Origin: Octopus vulgaris
Lineage: Eukaryota
Length of the DNA: 64,000 bases
Assembly (NCBI GenBank): GCA_951406725.2
Contig: OX597842.1
Location: 20,088,001 to 20,152,000, forward strand
Reading direction: 5' to 3'
Part shown: positions 35,134-49,184 of the stretch, piece after piece
Layout: every line of letters begins with the position of its first letter
Numbering within the stretch: the first letter of the stretch is position 1
The notes under the pieces: model-generated
Seen by the model: the letters and a program-made list of their open reading frames with translations, nothing else
Told to the model about the DNA's origin: nothing
The model's database searches: none
Made by a program: the position numbers and the translations under genes

Positions 35134-36009
35134 GGTACTATTCAAGCAGAGTGGTCCCGGTGTGTTTGAGAATGTTTTTATGAGACACGGTTTTTTTTTT
35201 TTTTACTTATATTCCATACTTTATTTAAAAGCAGCAGAGGTTTAACAAAAGCTGTTACTCGGGGTTCCACGTTCCCGTTTGTCGGACAGTTTTGTTTGAA
35301 AAGAGGAGAGACTGTCCGGTGAGCGGAAGCGTAAAACTCCGAGTAACAGCTTTTAAATAAAACATATTACTCTATTTCTGGTATTTGAGTACTCTTTTCC
35401 ACCTTGTTTCGCATTTATGTTTACTCCGGTGTATATATATGTATGTGGAGGCGCAATGGCCCAGTGGTTAAGGCAGCGGAGTCGCGGTCGGTCGTAGGAT
35501 CGTGGTTTCGATTCCCAGACCGGGCGTTGTGAGTGTTTATTGAGTGAAAACACCAAAATGCTCAACGATGCTCCGGCAGGGTGTGGTGGTCCCGGCTGTA
35601 CTCTTTCTTCTGTTGGCCTGCTCGCTTAGCCAGCGGGGTGGCGTCGTTCGAAGGGTAAAACAATGGGAAGCGTATTGTAACCAGCGATGTGTGGCACCAT
35701 CTTATAGCCTGGTCGGTCACGTGATATATATTTGTGTATATATATATATATATATATATAGGCATTGTTTTGCACCTATTACACTTTTTTGTTTTTGTGC
35801 CAGGGTCAGACCCGAAAGATTCACGATGTGGATTTTCCGACTCCTCTCCCCCACCCCTCTTTCGCGAGCGCGCCTTTTTTTGCCATATTCGTTTAGAGGA
35901 AGTCGTTTTACACTATTTTTATATTTTGTTTTTCTGACCGGATCGAGCGCTTTGGTTTGGCTAGCTAGTGTGTGTGCACGCACCGGGACCACTCTTCATA
36001 AATAGTACC
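35134..36009. mobile_element. Mutator-like MITE with nested SINE and hairpin
   Basis: TIRs ggtactatt..agagtggtcccggtg / caccgggaccactct..aatagtacc. 9-bp TSD AAGGTGTGC/ATGGTGTGC (1 mismatch). Confidence 0.65.
35445..35725 (+). mobile_element. SINE family S1, tail type B
   Basis: Same head as 6608-6993 with a different tail (..gcttagccagcggggtggcg..ggtcggtcacgtgat). Second copy at 36966-37235. Confidence 0.8.
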
Positions 36010-36149
36010 ATGGTGTGCTGCAAGCCCCTTATTTTTGTTCGGGGAGAAAAGGGGTGGATGGGAAACTGGACTCACCACCAACATGGGATTTTCCTATTTA
36101 TATACATTTGGTGGTCAATGTGGAAACTAGGGATAAAAAGTGGTAGATG

Positions 36150-36440
36150 AGAGCTGTAGGGGCCATGCACAGGGATGCTGTCGGTGAGGTGAGGGTTGGC
36201 AACGAGTATAGTGGAGAATTCCAGGTAGAAGTAGGCTGTTCACCAAGGTTCAGTCCTCAGCCCACTCTTATTCATCATAGTCCTCTGGGCAATAGCAGGA
36301 ATTCATGACAAGCTGACCCTAGGGGCTCCTCTGTGTTGGTGACCTTCGCTTATAGCTGGGTCACTACCAAAGCTGAAGGAGAAATTTCAGGTGTGGTAGG
36401 CAAGGCTAGAATTGAAGGGCCTTTGGGAAAAGACCAAAGT
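36150..36440 (+). mobile_element. Decayed RTE RT fragment
   Basis: VRVGNEYSGEFQVEVG / VHQGSVLSPLLFIIVL. Confidence 0.65.
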
Positions 36441-38026
36441 CTTTATGTATACATATATATATATATATTATATGTACATGTAGAGGTAGGTACGTACATA
36501 TGTTTTATTTTATTTATTAATATATTATATATATATGTATATATACATAAGTTCAGCAAAAATTTAGATTCAAATGAATATGGTACTTATGCACCAGAAT
36601 TTTGTATGGTGTTATCCATAAAAATTTGCGGGGTGATTATAATCAAAAATAAGCAACAAGAATGACTCTGGTAATTTGGTACAATTGTTTCGCACTACAA
36701 CATTCTATTAAAAGTGGTTGGACTTCACCACCTCATATGTTCTTAAAATTTAAATCCACATCTTTGTATATCTACCTTCGCTATAATGTTGCCACTTGAT
36801 TTGAAAGCTTTTGTATTAATGGAAAACCTATATAATTGGCTGATGAGCACTCAGCATCTTAAATCTGTTGAAATACTTACAGCATTTAATAAAATGATGT
36901 AGTGCAAAGCACTTGTACCACATTACCGGAGTCATTCTTGTTGCTTATTTTGATTATATATATATGTGGAGGCGCAATGGCCTAGTGGACTCGCAGGATC
37001 GCGGTTTCGATTCCCAGACCGGGCGTTGTGAGTGTTTATTGAGCAAAAACACCTAAAAGCTCCACGAGGCTCTTGCAGGGGTGGGGGGTGATCCCTGCTG
37101 TACTCTTTCTCCCACTCTTCTGTCGGCCTGCTCGCTTAGCCAGCGGGGTGGCGTCCTTCGAAGGCTAAAACAATGCGAACACATTGTGACCAGCGATATG
37201 TAACTACATCTGATGGTTTGGTCGGTCACGTGATCACATATACACATATATATCTATATATATAGAGAGAGAGTTTACGAAAATAACCAAAAGACGAAGA
37301 CAGGTGGTGTACAAAACAAACAGTTGTATTAGTATAATGCTTAGGAATAGAAAAAGTCTTTTACGTTTCGAGCCTACGCTCTTCTACAGAAAAAACAAGG
37401 AGGGAAAAAGATGTGTGTAGTGGCTAACGATCTATCATGGGGACGGCCATATATATATACATACATACATACTTTTATTAAAGCTGCAAATTTATCACAA
37501 AACTGTTAATCTGAGTGTCAGGTTTGCATTCAAGAGACAGGTGTGATGGAAACATTTCATTCCAACTGTCCAACAGACAAGAACATGAAACTCTGAGAAA
37601 CAGTTTTGTAATAATTGGACAAACATTAATAGAATTTTTTATTCATTCAGAAATTATCTTAAATGGAATATATATATGAATATTATGAAAGAACAGCTTT
37701 TATTAAAAATATCAGAATTGATGAGGATATATAAAAATATAGTGTTAGTAAGTTGTTATAACATGCTGTTATATCTTCTTTATCATCTGGATATATTTAT
37801 TGTTATATAAGATATTCCTTTCAACAAATGACTTTTGATATTGATACAGTCACTCTTCTCTATGATGATAAAGATATCTGTAGTTAATTGTCTTTTTTCA
37901 GAGAAGGATATACCACAGAATCAGTTACATGGTTTCTCTTCCATATCAATGTGTGTCTGTGTTTATCTAAGAGATTTATTTGAGAGAACCATTCACCACA
38001 AATATCACAATGACATGGTTTCTCTC

Positions 38027-38713
38027 CTAATGAATGAGTCTGTGAGTGGTCAAGTGATCTATTTCAGAGAATGATTCACCACAGGTGTCACAATGATGTG
38101 ACTTCACCCCTGAATGAACACCTTTGTGTCTACTTAAATGTCCCTTTTGAGTGAATGATTTACTGCAGATATCACAGTGGTAAGGTTTCTCACCTGTATG
38201 GATAAATCTGTGAGTGGATAAGTCACCACTTTGAGAGAATGATTTATCACAGATATCACATTGATATGGCTTTTCACCTGTATGAGTACGTTTATGTACA
38301 ATTACACCACTTTTGTGAGTGAATGATTTACCACAGATATCACACTGAAATGGTTTCTCTCCTGTATGGATAACCTTGTGAGCAGCTAAGTTACCATCTC
38401 GAGAGAATGATTTACCACAGATATCACACTGAAATGGTTTCTCTCCTGTATGAATACGTTTATGTACAGTTACAGCACTTCTTCGAGCAAATGTTTTACT
38501 GCAGATATCACACTGATATGGTTTCTCCCCTGTGTTAGTAAGTCTGTGTGTATCCAAGTTAAATTTCATGGAGAATGATTTACCACAGATATCACAGTGA
38601 TATGGTTTCTCTCCTGTATGAGTAAGTTTGTGAGTAGCTATGTAACTCTTTAGAGAGAATGATTTACCACAGATATCACAGTCGTATACAGATTTTCCTC
38701 TTTCTTTTGGCAT
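38027..38713 (-). CDS. C2H2 zinc-finger protein, 8 fingers (paralogue A)
   Basis: ATG at 38713 (MPKERGK), with CDICGKSF..H..H TGEKP repeats. Finger 2 has H>N. Likely acceptor near 39128. Confidence 0.85.
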   Translation of the reverse strand: MPKERGKSVYDCDICGKSFSLKSYIATHKLTHTGEKPYHCDICGKSFSMKFNLDTHRLTNTGEKPYQCDICSKTFARRSAVTVHKRIHTGEKPFQCDICGKSFSRDGNLAAHKVIHTGEKPFQCDICGKSFTHKSGVIVHKRTHTGEKPYQCDICDKSFSQSGDLSTHRFIHTGEKPYHCDICSKSFTQKGHLSRHKGVHSGVKSHHCDTCGESFSEIDHLTTHRLIH

Positions 38714-40789
38714 CTCTGCAGCTAAAACTAACAAAACTCCAAGATTCTCACACAATTCCTCTTTCTGTAATTTTTTTCTTCAACAAAATGGTCTGGAAAT
38801 TTCATTTCTTCTTGTTTCTATATTTTATTCCTAACAAATGTTACAACTGCCATATTTTTATCAAATATAAGCTTTGCTGATATCTTAAGATGTTGCAAAT
38901 GTCTTTGTAAATTTATCCAAGTTTATTCAGAATCCAAATTTAGGTTTTACCCATTTCAGAGTGAATCCAAGAAATTTCACCAATAATGTCACTCAGAAGA
39001 AATATTTTACTGAAATTCACAGTTAATTTACATAAACAGGGTTCTTATATCCAGTTCTGTGTAACATCGTCTTCAAAATATGATAAATATTGATGACGCT
39101 TCTGCAGTAAATTTCCTCTGATATTCTGAAATAAGAGAGAAACAACAGTTTAACACAGAGTGTAGCTTTGGTTATGACAAAGGCTTGGTGTTCATTTATA
39201 TACGACATTTACTGCTACAATGATAAATCTCATTTAAGAAACAGATTGGGTTTATTTACATTTCTGAAGAGAAAAAGGGATCTTTTCGGTTTGACCGGCA
39301 GTTTTTTCTAGTGGTGTCATATGAAATTGTCACCCATAATTATGACCCTAGTATCAATCTATTGCATTTCAATCTGTTTTAGGGTTAGGAGTGGGGGGAA
39401 GGGTAATTTTCTTTTTTTTTCCACAAATGTAAATAAACCCAATCTATTTCTTAAACGAGGGACATATTCATACTGCCTTTAGGCAGTACAAAAACAACAA
39501 AAAAGTGGAAGGTGCAGTTATGACAAAAGAAAAGCAGGACAAAAACGATGCATGCAAATGGGTTGGCTGGAGGTAAATCTAGATGGAAAAGCATGATAAA
39601 TTTATGAGAACCCGCTGGGACATTAATATATATATAATTATAATAAAGGGTTATTTGCAACAAGTTGCTTAAACCACATACCGAAAATATTAGAAATAGC
39701 AGCCAAATAGGCTACTATTACTATTACTACAAAAATAAGTCTCCACAAACAACAGTATTTGCAACCCAAACAACAGTATTTGCAACCCGTATATGGTAAA
39801 AGGAATGAAGACAACGAAATCACACAGTCTACTTTATATATATATATATACACATGAGCAAAATACCCCCTCCTCCCGGCCGTCCAATGGAATGTGCTGA
39901 GTTGTCAAACATTTAAACCAAATTTTCTCAAGATAACTTGTCCGACCGCTCCATAGGCCTCCCCTTTGAGAAACACTGATTTAACCTAAATTAGGGACAC
40001 CAGCAAAAGAAGAAATAAAGATAGACTTTTTTTCTATTCCAAAGAAAAACGATTTTATTCACAAAAATATGCAACCGAAGAGTTTAAAGTACCAGTAATT
40101 ATAAGGCTGTTGACTGGGAGAACACAAACATGGTTTAAACAGTAAGCTTGGCAGGAAAGAAACGTGCCTTTAAGCAGGACAAAAACAACAAAAAATGGAA
40201 GGTACAGTTATGTACAGGTTGACGGAAGAAAACCAGGACAAAAACGGCTTTATTGATCGCATTCTCACCTGGAATATATTATTGTAATTTTTTCTCACCT
40301 GGAAACGATTTTTGTAATTTTTTCAAAGACTAATACACGCCCTGATACAGTCGGTATCTACAAATCAAATTTAAGTGCAATCGGATGGAGGATGCCTGAA
40401 ATCCAAGAAGACACACAGACAGAACGGATTTTATATAAGAGATTATGAAAAACAGCTTTTATTAAAAATATCAGAATGGTAGATATTGATGAGTATAAAT
40501 AAAAAATATAGTGTTTTGTTATAACATGCTGTTATATCTCCTTTATCAGCTGGATATATTTATTGTTATATAAGATATTCCTTTCAACAAATGACTTTTG
40601 ATATTGATACAGTCACTCTTCTCTATGATGAGAAATATATCTGTAGTTAATTGTCTTTTTTCAGAGAAGGATATACCACAGAATCAGTTAGATGGTTTCT
40701 CTTCTATATCAATGTGTGTCTGTGTTTATCTAAGAGATTTATTTGAGAGAACCATTCACCACAGATATCACAATGACATGGTTTCTCTC

Positions 40790-42901
40790 CTAATGAATGA
40801 GTCTGTGAGTGGTCCAGTGATCTATTTCAGAGAATGATTCACCACAGATATCACAGTGATATGGCTTTTCACCTGTATGAGTAAGTTTGTGATTAGTTAA
40901 TTTAGCTTTTACAGAGAATGATTCACCACAGGTGTCACAATGATGTGATTTCATTCCTGAATGAACACCTTTGTGTCTACTTAAATGTCCCTTTTGAATG
41001 AATGATTTACTGCAGATATCACAGTGATATGGCTTTTCACCTGTATGAGTACGTTTGTGATTAGTTAATTTAGCTTTTACAGAGAATGATTCACCACAGG
41101 TGTCACAATGATGTGACTTCACCCCTGAATGAATACCTTTGTGTCTACTTAATTGTCCCTTTTGAATGAATGATTTACTGCAGATATCACAGTGATATGG
41201 TTTCTCACCTGTATGAGTACGTTTGTGTTTAGTTAAGACAACCTTTAGAGTGAATGATTTCCCACAGATATCACAGTGGTAAGGTTTCTCACCTGTATGG
41301 ATAAACCTGTGAGTGGATAAGTCACCACTTTGAGAGAATGATTTATCACAGATATCACATTGATATGGTTTCTCACCTGTATGAGTACGTTTGTGTACAG
41401 TTACAGCACTTCTGTGAGTGAATGATTTACCACAGATATCACAGGAATATGGCTTTTCTCCTGTATGAGTAAATTTGTGAGTAGCTAAGTCACTATTTCG
41501 AGAGAAGGATTTACCACAGATATCACACTGGTAAGGTTTCTCCCCTGTATGAGTAAGTCTGTGCTTACTTAAATTACATTGCAAGGAGAATGATTTACCA
41601 CAGATATCACACTGATGGGGTTTCTCGCCAGTGTGAGTATGTTTGTGTTTAGCTAAGTCACCATTTCGAGAGAATGATTTACCACAGATATCACACTGGT
41701 AAGGTTTGTCGCCTGTATGAGTAAGTTTGTGCGTAACTAAGTAACCGCATCGAGAGAATGATTTACTACAGATATCACAGTGATATGGTTTTTCTCCTGT
41801 ATGAATACGTTTATGTATAGTTACAGTACTTCTTTGAGTGAATGATTTACCACAGATATCACACTGATAAGGTTTCTCCCCTGTATGAATAACTTTGTGT
41901 GTCACTAAGTTAACTCTCACAGAGAATGATTTACCACAGATATCACACTGATAAGGTTTCTCACCTGTATGAATAAGTTTGTGTGTAGTTAAGTTACCTT
42001 TCAAAGAAAATAATTTACCACAGATATCACACTGATAAGGTTTCTTGCCTGTATGAGTATGTCTGTGTTTAGCTAAGGCACCATTTCGAGAGAATGATTT
42101 ACCGCAGATATCACACTGATATGGTTTCTCCCCAGTGTGAGTAAGTTTGTGTGTATCCAAGTTAAATTTCATGGAGAATGATTTACCACAGATATCACAG
42201 TGATATGGTTTCTCTCCTGTATGAATACGTCTGTGACATGTTAAACCACTACAATTAGAAAATGATTTACCACAAATATCACAATGATATGGTTTATCGC
42301 CTGTATGAATACGTTTATGTACAGTTACAGCACTTCTTCGAGCGAATGATTTATCACAAATATCACACTGATAAGGTTTCTCACCTGTATGAGTAAGTTT
42401 GTGTTTAGCTAAGTTAACTCTCATGGAGAATGATTTACCACAGATATCACAATGATATGGTTTCTCTCCTGTGTGAGTAAGTGTCTAGTCAAAAGACCAC
42501 TTTGAGAGAATGATTTACCACAGATATCACACTGATATGGTTTCTCACCTGTATGAATATGTTTATGTACAGTTACAGCACTTCTGCGAATTAATGATTT
42601 ACTGCAGATATCACAATGATATGGTTTCTCTCGTGTATGAGTAAGTTTGTGTTTAGTTATGTGACAGTTTTGAGAGAATGATTTACCACAGATATCATAC
42701 TGATATAGTTTTTGCTCTGTGTGAATATTTCTGTTAATAGTTAGATTAAGTTTATTTTTAATATGATTTACCACAGATATCACAATGATGTGGCTTCTCT
42801 CCTGTATGAGTAAATTTGTGAGTAGCTAAGTTAACTTTCACAGAGAATGATTTACCACAGATATCACAGTCATATACAGATTTTCCTCTTTCTTTTGGCA
42901 T
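40790..42901 (-). pseudogene. C2H2 zinc-finger paralogue B, ~25 fingers; two 5' frameshifts, then a 544-aa ORF with 19 full fingers
   Basis: Same leader, N-terminus and 3' UTR as paralogue A. Frame breaks near 42760 and 42480. ORF 40790-42424 is intact. Confidence 0.8.
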
Positions 42902-43422
42902 CTCTGCAGCTAAAACTAACAAAACTCCAAGATTCTCACACAATTCCTCTTTCTGTAATTTTTTTCTTCAACAAAATGGTCTGGAAATGTCCTTTCTTCT
43001 TGTTTCTATATTTTATTCCTAACAAATGTTACAACTGCCATATTTTTATCAAATATAAGCTTTGCTGATATCTTCAGATGTTGCAAATGCCTTTGTAAAT
43101 TCATCCAAGTTTATTCGGAATACAAATTTAGATTTTACCCATTTCAGAGTGAATCCAAGAAATTTCACCAATAATGTCACCCAGAAGAAATATTTTACTG
43201 TAATTCACAGTTAATTTACATAAACAGGGTTCTTATATCCAGTTCTGTGTAACATCATCTTCAAAATATGATAAACATTGATGACGCTTCTGCAGTAAAA
43301 TTCCTCTAATGCCAATGTCCTCTGATATTCTGAAATAATAGAGAAACAACAGTTTAAGACAGAGTGTAGCTTTGGTTATGACAAAGGCTTGGGGTTCATT
43401 TATATACAACATTTATTGCCAC

Positions 43423-43780
43423 TGTTGTATTTAGGAATGGTCATTTTGCCAGTTTAGCCAATAAAAACACACGCACTATATATTTGGTGTTATTTTGCTT
43501 CAGTGTTATTTATTTTTTACATTAATCTTAATCTTATTTCGGCCAGAGTTCTTTCGTCACACTCATCAGCTGACGGTTAGTAAGGAGAGACACACAAATA
43601 AGAAAGAAGAAAGCAAAGGACCACTGATGCGGTCACAGGAGTGTGATGAAAGAACTCTGGCCGAAAAAAGATTAGGATTAATGTAAAAAATAAATAACGT
43701 TGAAGCAAAGTAACACCAAATATATAGTGCGTGTGTTTTTATTGGCTAAACTGGCAAAATGACCATTCCGAAATACAACA
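43423..43780. repeat. Hairpin element with hammerhead-like core (Penelope-type)
   Basis: Arms about 43423-43543/43639-43780. CTGATGCG-GTCACA-GGAG-TGTGAT-GAAA at 43624-43651. Confidence 0.65.
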
Positions 43781-43979
43781 ATGTCTGTTTCAACACACAA
43801 TTTCACATCAAAAATCTGGCAAAAGGCTTCAGAAAATACAGACTCAATCTTATATGAACATTGTATTTGAGAGGAGTACAAGGCCTTAAACAGATAACAT
43901 TGTGTAACAAGATTTTGGGCCTTGGGTAGCAATTGTTATTTCCTACATGCTTACCCCTAGAAAGTGGAGGCGCAATGGC

Positions 43980-44790
43980 CCAGTGGAGTCAACAGATGAT
44001 CAAGCAGCTTTGTATCGCCTTGAAAAGAGTCTAAAAACGGCCAGAGTTGGAAGAATCTCTCAATCATTTCGTAAGTACTGGACCAACAGGATTTATTTCT
44101 TTGTATAAGGTTTGTTTGTTCCTTCTCGAGCCATGCCTGGCTCATAAGGGCCGGTTTCCCAGCTTCCTTGGCGAATAGGTTCCCCACCTGGACGGGACAC
44201 CGGTCCGTCGCAGGTGAGCGGGTGAGAGAAAGATGTGGCGAAAGAGTGAGTAGAAGTTTCACCATTACCTTCTGCTGGAGCCGCGTGGAGCTTAGGTGTT
44301 TCGCTCATAAATACACACATCGCCCAGACTGATATTTGAACCCATGATCCCTCGACCGCGAGTCCACTACTCTAACCATGTGCCTCCACATATATATTTA
44401 TATATATTCTTTGTCCCTTCTCGAGCCATGCCTGGCTCATAAGGGCCGGTTTCCTAGGCGTATAGGTTCCCCACCTGGAACCTATACGCAGGTGAGCTGC
44501 AAGATGCAGGAGGAAAGAATAAGAGAAAGTTGTGGCGAAAGAGTCAGCAGAAGTTCGCCATTACCTTCTGCCGGAGCTTAGGTGTTTCGCTCATAAACAC
44601 ACACATCGGCCAGTCTGAGATTTGAACCCGCGATCCCTCAACTGCAAGTCTGCTGCTCTAACCACCAGGCCATGTGCCTCCACTTTTGTATAAGGTGTAA
44701 AGGTGTTTTTTCCCCAAAGTTTACCCACAAGTTTTAATGATTTTAGCTTGTCCATCAATATATTAATTTTATCAAGCAGAACTTTCTGCC
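43980..44790 (-). pseudogene. hAT-like transposase remnant split by an S1 SINE dimer (tail type D, 44112-44684)
   Basis: LLDKINILMDKLKSLKLVGKL..IQRNKSCWSSTYEMIERFFQL (TRWSST-like). TSD TTTGTATAAGGT at 44100-44111 and 44685-44696. Confidence 0.6.
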
Positions 44791-46222
44791 TGTCGAGATG
44801 AGCAGAAACAGCTAGATTGAATTAATGAGAGGCACATCCAATCAATGTTATTGATTGGTTGAAATTGCCAAAAATTAACAAATTAAACGACAAATATCTT
44901 ACAAATTATAGAATTTTCTCAATAAAGCCAAGAGAAAAAGATGTTTTATAAACACATTCTACCAGTATACGAAGTTTAAAAGTGTTTAGTTACGTGGAAA
45001 TTATTTTAAAAAACTGCCGGTCAAACCGAAAAGATCCCAAATATCTTACAAACTATAGAATTTTCTCAATAAAGCCAAGAGAAAAAGATGTTTTATAAAC
45101 ACATTCTACCAGTATACGAAGTTTAAAAGTGTTTAGTTACGTGGAAATTATTTTAAAAAACTGCCGGTCAAACGGAAAAGATCCAGACATGTATTCCCTT
45201 ACGGCTGATGTAGTTTAACTCTCTTTTTTTCAAGGCTTGAGCACCAATTGAAGAATTCAAATTTGATGGCAAAGAATCCAAATTAAATTGAAAACGTCTG
45301 TGGCTGTGTGGTAAGTAGCTTGTTTACCAACAACATGGTTCCGGGTTCAGTCTCTTGGTTTTATTGAGAAAATTCTAGAGTTTGTAAGATATTTGTTGTT
45401 TTTTTCTTCAATTTCTGCAATTTCAACCAATCAATGACGTCTATTGAGGTGAAACCATTCTGTGCCGTATGAATATGTCCCTCGTTTAAGAAACAGATTG
45501 GGTTTATTTACATTTCTAAAGAAAAAAAGATGCCCTTTCCCCCAACCCTAACCCTAAATTAGATTGAAATGCAATAGATCGATACTAGGGTCATAATTAT
45601 GGGTGACAATTTCATATGACACCGTTAGAAAAAACTGCCGTTCAAACCGAAAGATCCAACAGATTAAATAAGAACAACACACAGTACCTGTTTTTGGTAA
45701 ACCCCCCCCCCCCCCATCATACACTTAAAACATCGTTTTACGTTCTTCTAAAAACTTTCAACCGAATTTTTATGAACATTTGTTATAGGATAGGTAGTCG
45801 TTTTAGGATCGACTAGTCACGACTAACTTGTGCGAGTGCGCGCACCGGGACCACTCTTCTTAAATAGTACCAACATCTTAGTTATTCCAATTTTTAAATT
45901 CGCATTTACATTGTGCGAGACCCTTCCGTGTATGGATTAAAACAATTATTTTCCTCCTTCAGTTTCTTTCCGATAATTTACTGAACACACAAAAAAAAAG
46001 TTCAAGTGAATAATACTCTCTCTTTACCCTTTTACTTGTTTCAGTCATTTGACTGCGGCCACGCAGGAGCACAGCCTTTAATCGAGCAACTCGACCCCGG
46101 GACTTATTGTTTTTGTAAGCCCAGTACTTATTCTATCGGTCACTTATGCCGAACCGCTAAGTAACGGGGACATAAACACACCAGCAATTCTCAAGCAATG
46201 TTAGGGGGACAAACACACACGC

Positions 46223-46274
<52 letters not shown>

Positions 46275-47639
46275 GACGGGCTTCTTTTCAGTTTCTGTCT
46301 ACCAAATCCACTGACAAGGCTATAGTAGAAGACACTTGCTCAAGGTGCCACGCAGTGGGACTGAACCCGAAACCATGTGGTTTGGTGGGGACAAACAGAC
46401 ACACAAACACATATATATACACCAGCATCGGTTGTCAAGCAATGCTAGAGGGACAAACACAGTCACACACATATATATATACACATCTATACGACAGGCT
46501 TCTTTCAGTTTCCGTCTACCAAATCCACTCACAAGGATTTGGTTGGCTCGAGGCTATAGTAGAAGACACTTGCCCAAGGTGCCACGCAGTGGGACTGAAC
46601 CCGGAACCATGTGGTTGGTAAGCAAGCTACTTACCACACGGCCACTCCTGCGCAATACTGACACATTAATGATAAATCTAAAGAGAGATGCCCAGCCAAG
46701 GTAGACAATGACAGAATAAATATAACACTTACGTATTATATAATAGACCCAGTGTAGAGGAGGAAGATATCACACTAAATCCAAGGTGGACAATGACAGT
46801 AAGCAGGTAACATAGAGATCCAGCAAGGAACAAGTCGCAGTACGTTCAAGCAAGTCAGAAATTAAACCGAGGTCGACTTTGCATTTCGTCCTTTCGGGGT
46901 CGATTAAATAAGTACCAGTTACGTACTGGTGTCGATATAATCGACTTAATCTGTCTGTCTGTCCTTGTTTGTCCCCTCTGTGTTTAGCCCCTGGTGGGTA
47001 GCAAAGAAATAGGTATATAGGATCCGGCAACGAAGTCGCAGAACGTTGAGGCAGTCAGAACTTTAGCCAAGGAAGCGAATGATGGCTTCGTAAGAAATTC
47101 TAGGTTTTACCATGAATGCTGATTTATATTTTTAAGATCAACGTAGTAAAGAATGCAGGAGATAAATGATTGATATTGTTAATTAGCAATCACGTCTATT
47201 AAATTAAATGTTGGCTAATTATCTGTTAAACGAACGAGACAAGTAATAATGTAGGCGAGGGTCCATCAACGGCAGGGAGTGAAAAATATTGCGGGAAAAC
47301 GTACAATGGGGAAGTAACTCTGCATTTAGAGAATTCTTTAATTCACACCTGGGGTTATTTCGAACTCAGTTAAAATATCCGTTACACGTGGTAGTCCTGG
47401 GACTTTTTTTTGGGGGGGTATTGCCCACAAGGGGCTAAATATAGAGGTTCGGATCTTTTCGGTTTGAACGGCAGTTTTTTCCTAGCGGTGTCATATGAAA
47501 TTGTCACCCACAATTATGAGCCTAGTATCGATGTAATGCATTTCACTTTTTTGTTAGGGTTAGGGTTAGGGGTGGGGGAAGGGTATCTTTTTTTCTTCAG
47601 AAATGTAAATAAACCCAATCTGTTTCTTAAACGAGGGAC

Positions 47640-47754
47640 ATATGTATATATACATATACATATATATATACATATATACTGGGATAATTGCTTAGTATAC
47701 ATATATATATATACATGTACATACACACACACACACATATATATATATACACAC

Positions 47755-47789
<35 letters not shown>

Positions 47790-47898
47790 TATATATATAT
47801 ATACACACATATATATATATACATGTATATATATATACATATATATATATACACACATATATATATATATATATTTACATATACACATATATATATAC

Positions 47899-47929
<31 letters not shown>

Positions 47930-48281
47930 CATATATGCATACATATATATATATATATACGTACATATATGTATACATATATATATATACATATACTTAT
48001 ATATGTATACATATATGCATACATATATATATATGTACATATATGTATACATATATATATATACATATACATATACTTACATATATATGTATACATATAT
48101 ATATATACATATATATATACATACATATATATGTATACATATACATATATATATATATATACATATACATACATATATATATACATACATATATATGTAT
48201 ACATATACATATATATATATATATACATATACATACATATATATATATACATACATATGTATACATACATATGTTTACATG

Positions 48282-48335
<54 letters not shown>

Positions 48336-48364
48336 CATATATATGTATACATGTATATATATAC

Positions 48365-48412
<48 letters not shown>
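47640..48412. repeat. Compound (TA)n/(CATATA)n microsatellite
   Basis: About 770 bp of alternating purine-pyrimidine sequence. Confidence 0.95.
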
Positions 48413-48416
<4 letters not shown>

Positions 48417-49184
48417 CGTTTGCCAGCGTCGTGTGGCATGTAAAAAGCACCCACTACACTCATGGAGTGGTTGGCATTAGGAAGGGCATCCAGCCATAGA
48501 AACATTGCCAAATCAGACTGGGCCTGGTGCAGCCTTCTGGCTTCCCAGACCCCAGTTGCACCATCCAACCCATGCTAGCATGGAAAGCGGACGCTAAATG
48601 ATGATGATGATGATGATGATATATATATATATATATATATATGTAATAAATGTATATCTGAACCACACTGTTCCAACATGGCCTGGCAGAGGTGTTCAGG
48701 TTTTTTACTTTTACCCAGGAGCAGATAGGTCAATTACATCAGACACCATTGTTCAATTAGTAATTATTTCATTGATCCCCGAAAGATGGAAGGCAAAGTC
48801 GACCTTGGCAGGATATGAACCCAGAATGTAAAGACAGATGAAATTCCGATATTTGATGAGATATCCGACCTCTGCGAATTTCTTAAGATCCCCCCCACCC
48901 TCCACACAAACGCACGCAAACACATATTTTCTACATTGTGGTTTTGAGACTTTTTTAATACTGATTAGAGATCAATAACTGTTTTATGTTGTCGAGTAAA
49001 TCAGAATTTGTTGTCTGAAGACATAGAAATAAAATCGAACAAAATATTCAGCAAAAACAAAATCCTGGTGTCTGAAATCGAATGAGATATTTCTGTTTCT
49101 GAAAGTGAAAGTAATTCAGACAATAACTCAGTGACAAAGAAAACGAACTTGTATCTGACTGTAACAAATGTTTGAATACTGTTT

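Noticed and set aside
35445-35525. tRNA genes at SINE heads
   Set aside because: A/B boxes are present but run directly into SINE bodies, with no complete cloverleaf.
47410-48568. Long Tyr/Ile/His-rich ORFs
   Set aside because: Translation of a (TA)n-type microsatellite.
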